Shown: positions 1 to 8,900 of the stretch, piece by piece
How positions within the stretch are numbered: the first letter of the stretch is position 1
How the letters are laid out: every line of letters starts with the position of its first letter
DNA from: a virus
Lineage: Duplodnaviria > Caudoviricetes
Virus record (IMG/VR): IMGVR_UViG_3300025267_000099
Coordinates: 1 to 25,874 of that record
DNA: 25,874 nt
Direction: 5' to 3' (one strand)
Translations under genes and position numbers: made by a program
The notes under the pieces: generated by a model
The model's input: the letters and a program-made list of their open reading frames with translations, nothing else
Database searches by the model: none
What the model was told of the DNA's origin: nothing

Positions 1-2
1 GG

Positions 3-509
3 CATGGTGTTTTTTCAAACTTTGTTCCAAATTACAAAGATATTGCTTCTTTTGGTCTTTATTTCCAAAACAATAAACTTGCAGCAAAAAAAAGAATCAT
101 GCTCGAGAACAATTTGGTTAAACTTCTTGGAAGAAAAGAAAACACACTCACCGAAATGAAACATTTGGATAATCTTGAATACAAAACTTTTGTAAAGAAA
201 TTTAATAATGCTTATGAAAGAACCCTTCTAAAAGAACAGAAGGAACTTCTTACAAATTATATTGTATCGTTTTCGGATAATGGGCTCGGATTAAAAAGTT
301 TTTTAAATGAAGAGATTGGGCGCCTCAAGAACGCCGTGCAGCAGCGAATCGTAGAAGGGGCGGCAGACCCTAATAACGAAAATTTTAAAAAAGTTAAGGT
401 AAAGCTGGACAAGTACGCACAAACTCCAATAAATCAGCAAATGATTGAAGAAATTTTTTATATTCAAGATTTAATTGCGGAGGTAACCAAGAATGACAGT
501 AAAGATTAA
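3..509 (+). CDS. Phage head-module hypothetical protein (5'-truncated)
   Basis: The frame of ORF 99..509 stays open back to position 3 (HGVFSNFVPNYKDIASFGLY...), so the true start lies before the window. Helical and charged; contains LLKE and LNEE motifs. Confidence 0.75.
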   Translation, partial: HGVFSNFVPNYKDIASFGLYFQNNKLAAKKRIMLENNLVKLLGRKENTLTEMKHLDNLEYKTFVKKFNNAYERTLLKEQKELLTNYIVSFSDNGLGLKSFLNEEIGRLKNAVQQRIVEGAADPNNENFKKVKVKLDKYAQTPINQQMIEEIFYIQDLIAEVTKNDSKD

Positions 510-1068
510 CATCACCGATGAAGAAACTGCCCCGGTTCCTGAAGAGCAAACTATTAAAATTGAAATTGTTGAAAAAGACAAAATAGAATTTTCCTTAAAA
601 CTTCGTAATGCCCTCAACGGCGATTTGATGATTCTGGATCACAAAGATATAGATATTGTAGTCCAGCCAACTTCTAAAAAGATTATTACTTTTGCCAAAG
701 AAATGGTGTCGGATGCAGTTTACGGTGCCGAATCTAGGCTTTTAGAATATTTGAGAGGGCAAGGAGTTATTAATCATGATTCTATTCAAGGTGGAAACAT
801 TTATGGTTCTCTAGAAGGACAAATTATGGATTCCAAATCTCATGATCCAATTAAAGTAACGTTACTTAAAATCTCTGAATGGATGGAGACCGAGCAACCT
901 TATATTGCTGGTACTACTGCTTATGACGATCTTCAAGACGATGCTCTTCTGGACCCAGATAACGAATATTCAACAGAATTGGGCGAAGTTCCTGCAGCTG
1001 TTAACAAAGGGTCGATTCAGCAACATAATCTTTTCGCACCTTATCTTTATGGCCGGTACACGTATTAA
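493..1068 (+). CDS. Hypothetical acidic phage protein
   Basis: 191-aa ORF with GGAGGT SD upstream. Overlaps the previous gene, and its TAA overlaps the next ATG (TAATG). Confidence 0.8.
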   Translation: MTVKINITDEETAPVPEEQTIKIEIVEKDKIEFSLKLRNALNGDLMILDHKDIDIVVQPTSKKIITFAKEMVSDAVYGAESRLLEYLRGQGVINHDSIQGGNIYGSLEGQIMDSKSHDPIKVTLLKISEWMETEQPYIAGTTAYDDLQDDALLDPDNEYSTELGEVPAAVNKGSIQQHNLFAPYLYGRYTY

Positions 1069-2462
1069 TGAAGTTGATCATGGAAAATTTTAGGGAATTC
1101 ATGAATGAAGTGGACGGCGACGGTCCACTTGGCAAGTATGTTTTCCCGGATGAAAAACTGAAGCCATCCTCTGCTGCCGCAACAGAAGAATATACAGATC
1201 TCGAGAAGCATTTGGAAGATCTTTTAGAAAAACATTACGAGTCAGGAACGACATCTTTGCCTAGAAACGCCACAGAAGTTATCTTAGATATGATCAAGAA
1301 CCAAAATTATCCGAAAATCTTTCAGCTACGCAAGAGTGGTAAAATGTATCGCGGCTTGGGAATGGATAAAGAGATTTTCGAAAAACTGTTTGGGGAAATA
1401 CCAACCAAAAAAAAATGGTATCAGGCTCCAGTCGATTGGTGGCATGATCGCTCTAAAAAGTCTGGGGTAAATTTTCCATTCAGTCCAAAGACAAAACCAG
1501 ACTATTCCCCGGGAAGAGATAGTCACGCAGGCTCTTGGGCTTCCTCTTGGGCTTGGGACCTCAAGCCAGCACAGAGATTCATGGGAGGTCTTCCATGGGA
1601 AGAAAAAGTTGCTGTCATTTTAGTAGCAGACGCTAGCGAAAATGTTTTCATTGATTCAGAGCCGTTATATAAAAATTTTGATTTTGCACGAGGCTTTCAA
1701 GAAGAAAAAGAGGCTATAGGAGTCGGGGACATAAAACTTACTGATATTTATATTTATTATAATCCTCGTAAAACCCAAGGTTTAAAAGAAAACAAAGAAC
1801 CAATTCCTCTGCCGGACGTTGGAGACATTGCCCTTCTCCATTCCCCCGAAGAAGATAACCATGAATTGATTTTATATACTATGACAGCGCGCGGCCCGTT
1901 TCCTTTTGCTGCTTGTGGTCTTGATAGACTCAGCGAAGTTACAAAAGAACAGCAATGCATCCCTGAAACTTGGCACATGTCTTGGATTTATACACATAAG
2001 CTCTTTAGAGGTTCCGGGTGGAGTAAAATCCTATATGGTATTTCCTTCAACCTGATTAATAAACAAGGTGCCGGTCTGACATCGGATCACTGGTCATCGA
2101 CATCTGATGAAGCCAAAGATCGTGTTTGGAACAAAATGATTTCTAGAAAACAACTAATTCCAAGAAAAACTCCTGGAACTCCACCAACAGGTGGACACTC
2201 TGAATTTGATTATGGCGACCCAGGTTTCAAAAAAACACCTTTAGATCCTTTGGATGATTGTAGGGAGCCCGGAGCAGGCGAAGCCGCCGCTACTACTAAC
2301 AGTTGGATAATGAAAGGGCACTCCAAGTTTGAACCTATTTATCAAAGTTTAGTAGAGAACCATGAAAATCTTATGTCTGCTGTTTCTGACCGCGTTGGTA
2401 TTGAGGCCAAATTAATGAATGATGCTACTGTTGAATTCGATCGCGCTTATATGGGGCGGTAA
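1068..2462 (+). CDS. Putative two-domain effector: R-S-E ADP-ribosyltransferase-like domain plus GNAT acetyltransferase-like domain; probably head-packaged
   Basis: ART-like: MYRG (R95), ASSW (S159-S160), QEEKE (E213/E215). GNAT-like: IYTHKLFRGSGWSKILY (motif A) and LTSD..STSDEA..VW. N-terminal MKLIMENFREFMNE leader and an LKE in the linker. Confidence 0.65.
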   Translation: MKLIMENFREFMNEVDGDGPLGKYVFPDEKLKPSSAAATEEYTDLEKHLEDLLEKHYESGTTSLPRNATEVILDMIKNQNYPKIFQLRKSGKMYRGLGMDKEIFEKLFGEIPTKKKWYQAPVDWWHDRSKKSGVNFPFSPKTKPDYSPGRDSHAGSWASSWAWDLKPAQRFMGGLPWEEKVAVILVADASENVFIDSEPLYKNFDFARGFQEEKEAIGVGDIKLTDIYIYYNPRKTQGLKENKEPIPLPDVGDIALLHSPEEDNHELILYTMTARGPFPFAACGLDRLSEVTKEQQCIPETWHMSWIYTHKLFRGSGWSKILYGISFNLINKQGAGLTSDHWSSTSDEAKDRVWNKMISRKQLIPRKTPGTPPTGGHSEFDYGDPGFKKTPLDPLDDCREPGAGEAAATTNSWIMKGHSKFEPIYQSLVENHENLMSAVSDRVGIEAKLMNDATVEFDRAYMGR

Positions 2463-2791
2463 TGGATTTATTTAATTTTATACTTACCGCTTATGGCATG
2501 ACTTTTATAATTGTTTACGGTAAAATCTTCGAGGACATAAGACCAAAAAAAGATTATACAAAAAAATGGAACACTTTATTTCATTGTCCGTTGTGCATGG
2601 GCTTCTGGGTCTCTGCGTTTTTATTTTGCATAAACGACTACACAGAACTATTTACGTTTGAATATTCTTTAGGGAATATGTTCTGTCTTTCATGCTTGGG
2701 GGCCGGGACAACATACTTGCTCTCAATGATCATTGATGATTTTGGATTGAGAGCATCGTCGAGATCAGGAGGTGATTATGTTGACGATTAA
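2462..2791 (+). CDS. Small membrane protein with CxxC (DUF1360-like)
   Basis: 109 aa with about three hydrophobic segments. LFHCPLCMGFWVS resembles the CxxCxxxW signature of DUF1360; a second CLSC is present. Confidence 0.6.
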   Translation: MDLFNFILTAYGMTFIIVYGKIFEDIRPKKDYTKKWNTLFHCPLCMGFWVSAFLFCINDYTELFTFEYSLGNMFCLSCLGAGTTYLLSMIIDDFGLRASSRSGGDYVDD

Positions 2792-2837
2792 ACGATGGAT
2801 GCTTCAACCCGTCCGCCGTTGCTGCAGCGGGTCCTGA
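2778..2837 (+). CDS. 19-aa small ORF MLTIKRWMLQPVRRCCSGS (not in ORF track)
   Basis: ATG at 2778 (or TTG at 2781) is preceded by AGGAGGTGAT (2767-2776), a 10-nt complement of the canonical 16S 3' end. TGA at 2835-2837. Confidence 0.55.
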   Translation: MLTIKRWMLQPVRRCCSGS

Positions 2838-2870
2838 AGCGCGCCGGTAACGCCGGCAGGTCTTTTATTT
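2801..2870 (+). promoter_or_regulatory. GC-rich two-hairpin RNA element with complementary loops, followed by a U-rich tract
   Basis: Stem 1: GCTTCA(2801-06)/TGAAGC(2835-40) plus ACCCG(2807-11)/CGGGT(2828-32). Stem 2: GCCGG(2843-47)/CCGGC(2853-57). Loop CGTTG(2817-21) can pair with loop TAACG(2848-52). 43/60 nt are G+C. Confidence 0.55.
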
Positions 2871-2880
2871 GAGGAAAAAA

Positions 2881-3492
2881 ATGGGGAAAAAACTATTACG
2901 AGAATTTTATGCACTGTGCGAAGGTGGCATTTGTCAAGATCTTTTGACTGAAAGAGAAAAGAGAGAAATGTCAAATGGCAGTGTTCTATATTTGTCAGGC
3001 AGGCTTCAAACTGCTGACAAGCAAAACGGAAACGGTCGTGTTTATCCATACAATGTTTTAAAACGAGAAATGGACAATTACATGAAAATAGTTAAAGATA
3101 ATCGTTCTTGTGGCGAGTTAGATCATCCGGATGATTCTGTTGTTAATCTTAAAAATGTTTCCCATATCGTAACTGATATTTGGTGGGAAGGCAAAGATGT
3201 TATGGGAAAAATTAAAGTTCTCGATACTCCTTCCGGAAGAATTTTAAAAGATTTGGTTTCAGCCGGGGTAAAGCTGGGTATTTCCTCTAGAGGCTTGGGG
3301 TCTGTAAAAGAAAGCGCAGGTCAAACAGTTGTTGAGAGTGATTTTCAACTTATTTGTTTTGATATGGTATCAGAACCATCAACTCCGGATGCTTATGTTT
3401 ATCCCAAGGGTCAAGGAACTATGACTGCTCGTTTACGCGAGGTCAAAGAAAATAACATTAATGATCTATTTAAAAAGATTTTGGGAGATTAA
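2881..3492 (+). CDS. Prohead core protease (T4 gp21-like)
   Basis: Motifs N.NGRVYP, GELDHP (catalytic His), LDTPSG, GISSRGLGS (catalytic Ser) and FDMVSEPSTPDA. Start moved to ATG 2881 behind GAGG. Confidence 0.93.
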   Translation: MGKKLLREFYALCEGGICQDLLTEREKREMSNGSVLYLSGRLQTADKQNGNGRVYPYNVLKREMDNYMKIVKDNRSCGELDHPDDSVVNLKNVSHIVTDIWWEGKDVMGKIKVLDTPSGRILKDLVSAGVKLGISSRGLGSVKESAGQTVVESDFQLICFDMVSEPSTPDAYVYPKGQGTMTARLREVKENNINDLFKKILGD

Positions 3493-3806
3493 TGGTGAAG
3501 ATTAATAAAAATAGATTAATTGAAATCATAAGAGAAGAACTGAGCGACAGCTTTCCACCAGAGAGTGAATCTGAATTAGAGCATACACAAATGCAGCAAA
3601 CCATTGATGATTTAAAACAAGCACTGGCAAAGCTTAAAACAATAAGGCAAGGAGAGGAAAGAATTGCGGATTTTTCTGGATATTCCGCTGAGGATGGATC
3701 TAATTTTCCTGCCATCGACCAAAGCATTATCAAGATAGAACAAGAGATTGAAAAAATGGAAGCTAACTTGCAAGCCGAGAGGCACTCTTATAGTCAATAT
3801 AAATAA
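3492..3806 (+). CDS. Small acidic coiled-coil head-module protein
   Basis: 104 aa, translationally coupled (TAATG). N-terminus KINKNRLIEIIREEL. Confidence 0.7.
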   Translation: MVKINKNRLIEIIREELSDSFPPESESELEHTQMQQTIDDLKQALAKLKTIRQGEERIADFSGYSAEDGSNFPAIDQSIIKIEQEIEKMEANLQAERHSYSQYK

Positions 3807-3817
3807 CTGGAATTTAA

Positions 3818-4240
3818 ATGAAAAAAGAAGAATTAAAAAAAATTTTGAAACCTCTGATTAAAGATTGTATTAGGGAAGTTATTTTCGAAGAAGGTGCTCT
3901 TTCGACAATTATTTCTGAAGTTGTGAAAGGTACGTCAACCAACCAAGTGGTTTATGAAACAAAACAAAAACCGAGATTTGAAACAGACACGGAAGCTAAT
4001 TCAAGAAGACAAGAACTATTAAAAGAAAATAAAAAGAAACTGTTGAACTCTATCGGTAGAGATGCTTACAATGGGGTAAATGTCTTCGAAGGAACTACTC
4101 CAATGTCTAATCGCGGCCCCGGCGGGATGTCCCCACAAGGATCTAAAGCCCTCGATGGAGTAGCCCCAAGCGACTCAGGCGTAGATATTTCAGCCTTTGG
4201 GTTGACAACTAATGTTTGGAAAAAATTGGCGGGGAACTAA
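3818..4240 (+). CDS. Hypothetical head-module protein
   Basis: 140 aa. N-terminus MKKEELKKILKPLIKDCIREVIFEE resembles the leader of the previous gene. Confidence 0.75.
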   Translation: MKKEELKKILKPLIKDCIREVIFEEGALSTIISEVVKGTSTNQVVYETKQKPRFETDTEANSRRQELLKENKKKLLNSIGRDAYNGVNVFEGTTPMSNRGPGGMSPQGSKALDGVAPSDSGVDISAFGLTTNVWKKLAGN

Positions 4241-4241
4241 A

Positions 4242-4457
4242 ATGGCTTGTAATCACATTGAAAAACCAAAAAAAAATGAAGACCCAAATCGTTTTATCAA
4301 AAGGTTTATAAAAAAATGCAAAAAGCTTGGCGTTATCGATGAGTTTAAGGATAAGAAAAGATATGTTAAGCCATCCGTCAAGCGAAGACTGGCAAAAAAA
4401 CGAGCAATCGCAAGGCACAAGAAAGAACAGCGCAAAAGGGAGCGCACACAAAAGTAG
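4242..4457 (+). CDS. rpsU: Phage-encoded 30S ribosomal protein bS21
   Basis: 71 aa, very basic. NEDPNRFIKRFIKKCKKLGVIDEFKDKKRYVKPSVKRRLAKKRAIAR matches the bS21 pattern (E...r.l+RF.+...+.G...E.+....Y.KPS..RR....A..R). Start moved from 4212 to ATG 4242. Confidence 0.85.
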   Translation: MACNHIEKPKKNEDPNRFIKRFIKKCKKLGVIDEFKDKKRYVKPSVKRRLAKKRAIARHKKEQRKRERTQK

Positions 4458-4464
4458 TTTTGAG

Positions 4465-4472
4465 ACTACTTA
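4465..4472 (+). promoter_or_regulatory. Putative late promoter (ACTACTTA variant)
   Basis: Intergenic, 18 nt before ATG 4491; one mismatch to the recurring ACTATTTA. Confidence 0.55.
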
Positions 4473-4490
4473 TTTAGAAGGAGAAATATT

Positions 4491-4958
4491 ATGGCGATTT
4501 ACACAGATGTTAAAGGATATGTTGGTCTAAGAAACGTAGGATCCTATCAAGTATCAGGTACACCATGGATAACAGGATCAGCAAATTTGGATACTGCAAC
4601 AGTCCATATGGTTGAGTTCCCCCATGTATCAAAATCTTTTACTGTGATCAATACCAATACCACAGGTTCATTCAGGGTTCATTTTCAAAGCGGCTCGGCA
4701 ACGGCAGTCTCTACCCCAGGGGAATGGGGGGCACAAACTTCAGCAGCGGCAGATGATGTTATTGCGGGTTTTCACTACATTACAGTCCCTGAAGGAAATG
4801 CTGCAGTAACATTTGATGTAAAATGTAAAAGATTTTACATTTCAAACTTGTCTGGACTCAATAATCTTACTTATCAAGTTTGGGGTGAATTAACTCAGAT
4901 ACCGACCAAAAGTATGTTTAATCTAACTGGGTCCGGAATCACATTGACAACAGGATAA
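4491..4958 (+). CDS. Putative virion structural protein (beta-rich)
   Basis: 155 aa, AGGAG SD, GLRNVGSYQVSGTPW N-terminal motif, TGS/SGS motifs. Confidence 0.6.
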   Translation: MAIYTDVKGYVGLRNVGSYQVSGTPWITGSANLDTATVHMVEFPHVSKSFTVINTNTTGSFRVHFQSGSATAVSTPGEWGAQTSAAADDVIAGFHYITVPEGNAAVTFDVKCKRFYISNLSGLNNLTYQVWGELTQIPTKSMFNLTGSGITLTTG

Positions 4959-4962
4959 AATT

Positions 4963-5817
4963 ATGGGAAATTTTAAAGGATCATCTTCGAATCTGGGTAC
5001 TACCTCAATAACAAACTTAACAGTTTCTGGGGATGCAACAGTTACTGACGAAATTTCTGGTTCAGGTGTTTTAAATATCGTTGGGGCAACGACTCTAGAA
5101 AACACATTGCATGTCTCTGGTTCTGTCGTCTTCGTGGGCGGCGTCCATAGTGATATTGCTTTAGACATTAATGCAGTTAATCAAGCCGCAAATGTTATTG
5201 ATATCGCGGCTGATGCCTTGACAAGTGGAGATGGCATCAGTGTAGCTTCAAATAGTAGTAACACTGCAGCACGATCTCTACTTAAATTAACCAATGATCA
5301 TGCTTCTGCGACAGGTGCTAGTCTGATAGAAATGGACCAAGATTCAACAGGCGACCTTATCACGGTTGCCTATGGAGCAAACGGAACTGGTCTTGGTTTA
5401 AAAATCAAAGAAACTTCAGTAGATATTGCATCTGGTATTACTGGTTCCGATACAACAATGGATGTATCTGGATTCTTTCCTGCAAACGCGGTACCGATTG
5501 CTATAATTGTACATATTACCACTGGTCTCGAGGCTGGAAAACACATTACCAAACTTGGTACTGCCGGTGTCGACGATTGTATTTGTGGTGGCGCTGGAGA
5601 TGGCGGAGTACTTAACAATGCTTTACTTGACGAAGACGGCGACACGCTGACCGTCCCGATCAGTCCTTTTGGTGGTCCATTTGCCGGCGCCGGCGCTGCG
5701 GCGATGGGTGTCAATTCAGCCCAGGATTTGAGAATTACAGTTGCCGGCGCAAACCCAAACGCCGGTGTGGCAAGATGTGTTTTGTATTATTGGGATATCA
5801 CTCCTCCGACTAGTTAA
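4963..5817 (+). CDS. Short fibre/appendage-like protein, paralogue of 5904..10910
   Basis: Has one EISGSGVLNIVGATTLENTLHVSG unit, an NDHASATGA unit, and a C-terminal domain ending YWDITPPTS that is homologous to the long gene's YWAITPPTS end. Confidence 0.75.
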   Translation: MGNFKGSSSNLGTTSITNLTVSGDATVTDEISGSGVLNIVGATTLENTLHVSGSVVFVGGVHSDIALDINAVNQAANVIDIAADALTSGDGISVASNSSNTAARSLLKLTNDHASATGASLIEMDQDSTGDLITVAYGANGTGLGLKIKETSVDIASGITGSDTTMDVSGFFPANAVPIAIIVHITTGLEAGKHITKLGTAGVDDCICGGAGDGGVLNNALLDEDGDTLTVPISPFGGPFAGAGAAAMGVNSAQDLRITVAGANPNAGVARCVLYYWDITPPTS

Positions 5818-5862
5818 AAAATATAGAATATTTTATCTACAGTACTTGTTTGTTTGACCGAG

Positions 5863-5870
5863 ACTATTTA
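5863..5870 (+). promoter_or_regulatory. Putative late promoter ACTATTTA
   Basis: Intergenic, 33 nt before ATG 5904. Confidence 0.65.
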
Positions 5871-5903
5871 GGGATGAAATAAATTTATTTAGGAGTTTCT
5901 CAT

Positions 5904-8900
5904 ATGGCAGAATTTGGATGGGCGTATACAACAGGAGCAATTTCTGGATCTGGTGGAATTAGCGGGTCAATACAGTGGAGAGAAGGCCCCAGTGAAATCA
6001 CAGGTAGCGATTTACTGGTTTGGGATAGAACAGAATCTACTTTGTATGTCACAGGCAATGTCAACGTAGCCGGCACACTTTATGCTGATGAGATAAACGT
6101 TAATACGACTAACAGACTTATTACAAACATTTCATCTACTGGATCGACAGAATTTGGTGATTCGATAACTGATACTCATTTATTTGTCGGAAAAATGATG
6201 GTGGCACCAACGGCATCTGTTGAAGATGTTGGAGCCAGATTTCATGTAAAAACCATCGATACAGATAACATCGGAGCAGTTCTTATTGATCATGATGAAG
6301 CAGGCGGGTATAACGCACTCAAAGTAGATTCAGAATCAACAAGCCATCCGGCAGTTTATGTCACAGGGTTTAAGACGCTTTACGCCCAGCAGGATATTGC
6401 TGATGGTTATGGTGCTAAAATTTACAGAAACATAGCAGAAGCCGGCTCGAATCCATTAGTTTACTTACATGATGATCATACTTCAAACACGCAAACAACT
6501 TTAACTGTTAATCAAGATGGCACCGGCCTCATCTTGGATTTACAAGATGGCGGGGTATCCGTACTTAATGTTTCCGATGGTGGCAGAGTTTCCGGCTCCA
6601 ACGATTTACACATGAACATTGGTACGTTTGAGGGTACTCTAAGTGTTACTGGTGCTATTTCTGGTTCTGGAGAACTTAACATTGTTGGGGCTACGACTCT
6701 TGAAAGCACACTACATGTTTCAGGAGCCATCTCTGGAGCTGCTGGTATCACAGGTTCTTCATTGCAAATCAATGATTCAATGATGTTGAATGCAAATGGA
6801 ATTCTATCTGCTTCTTTAGCAGTGCAATCTCTTAGTTTTGCGGCCAATGATGGTGGGACAAAAAACGTTGTAATCACCGGGGATGGAACAATTATCATTG
6901 CTGGCGGCGCAGCGGATACAACTTGTTTATCGGCTTCTGGAGATGTAAATATCGTTGGTAAGGGTTTTATAGAAAACACATTGCATGTTTCAGGAGCAAT
7001 TTCAGGTGCTTCCGGAATCACTGGCTCTTCATTGCAAATCAACGATACGATCACTTTGAATGCAAATGGCAATATAACAAATGTTAATTCATTGAGTGCC
7101 TCCTCAGAATTATTTGCCGGCACGGTATTAGTAAACGACCTAGGTACAAACACTGTTAAATTGCTGGGCACAGGTGAAATTTCTGGTTCCGGCCCACTCA
7201 ATATCGTTGGAGCAACCACTCTTGAAAGCACACTACACGTTTCTGGTGCTATCTCTGGTGCTCTTGGTATCACAGGCTCTTCATTGCAAATCAATGATAC
7301 GATTTTCTTGAATGCAAACGGTACCATCTCAAATGCAACCGATGTTTCGGCTTCTGCTGGATTTTCTGGATCCTATGCTCTTCTAAATAAGTTATCAGTA
7401 AATCAAGACGGGACAAAACCTATCTTATTGGCCGGCGGACAAATAACCTGCACCCAAATAACCGCCTCAAATACATATCAAGGCGTTGGGTTTTATGCAA
7501 ATGTCGAGGGAACAAATTCAGCCAGAATGTTAGGAACAGGTGAGATTTCTGCATCAGGTGATTTAAATATCGTTGGTGCTGCTACTCTTGAAAGCACTTT
7601 GAATGTTTCAGGAGCCATCACTACAGCCCTAGGCGTAACAGCATCTGCCGGCTTTTCAGGCTCATATGCTCATGTAAATAATTTAGCAATAAATGACGGC
7701 GGTACTAAAAACATTCGTATGAATGGTGATGGTACATTGGTTATTGCTGGGGGTGCTGCTGACACAACATGCCTGTCGGCTTCCGGTGATGTAAATATCA
7801 TTGGGAAAACTTATCTTGAGAATACATTGCATGTTTCAGGTGCAATCTCTGGCGCGCTTGGTATTACAGGTTCTTCATTGCAAATCAATGATACAATTAC
7901 CTTAAATGCAAACGGGAACATTACCAATGTTGGAACCGTATCCTCTACAAATCTATCTGCTTCTGCAGGGATTACCGGCTCCTATGCTCTTGTAAACAAT
8001 TTAAGTGTCAACCAAGGCGGAACAAAAACTATAGCTCTTGCTGGCGATGGTACGGGTCTCTTCGGAGGTAAACTAACGGTTCTAGATGAAATATCTGGAT
8101 CTGGAGTTCTTAATATCGTTGGCGCGGCCACACTTGAAAACACCCTACATGTCTCTGGTGCCATCCATACTGCCGTCGGTATTACTGGATCGACAGGTAT
8201 CAGTGGTTCTTACGCTCATTTTAATAACATATCAGTCAATGACGGTGGAACAAAGAATATTCGTCTTAATGGTGATGGAACAATCGTCATTGCTGGAGGC
8301 GCAGCCGGCACAACATGCCTATCAGCTTCTGGAGATGTAAATATCGTCGGCAATGGGTTTGTCGAGGGAGATTTCAATGTTACTGGTACACTGACAGCCG
8401 GTACCTTTTCTCCTAGTAGCGTCTCTTCCTCTGGTGAATTAAACATTGTTGGTGCGGCAACACTTGAAAGCACGTTGCACGTCTCTGGTGCTATCTCCGG
8501 AGCTGTTGGAATTACTGGATCTTCATTGCAGATCAATGATACAATTTTATTGAATGCAAATGGAAAAATATCAAACGTGACTGATCTTTCTGCTTCTTTA
8601 GGACTATCGGCCCTTGATTTCTTTGCAAATAATGGCGGCACAAATCAGGTTAAGATTTTAGGAACAGGTGAAATCTCTGGCTCTGGCCCACTCAATATCG
8701 TTGGGGCAGCCACTCTTGAAAACACATTACATGTTTCTGGCGCCATCTCTGGTGCCTCTGGAATTACCGGATCTTCATTGCAGATCAATGATACGATCAC
8801 TTTGAATGCAAACGGGAATATAACAAATGTTGGTACTGTAGCAGCGACAGCTCTAACGGCATCAGCCGGCGTTAGTGGCTCATATGCTCATGTAAATAAT

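Noticed and set aside
2835-2860. Selenocysteine read-through of the peptide's TGA with the following hairpin as SECIS
   Set aside because: The apical loop is only about 10 nt from the UGA, closer than in typical bacterial SECIS elements. Read-through does not join the protease frame and gives no recognisable protein.
4212-4241. Track start codons at 4212 (bS21), 2869 (protease) and 11023 (scaffold)
   Set aside because: Downstream ATGs at 4242, 2881 and 11029 fit SD spacing, gene packing and family length better.
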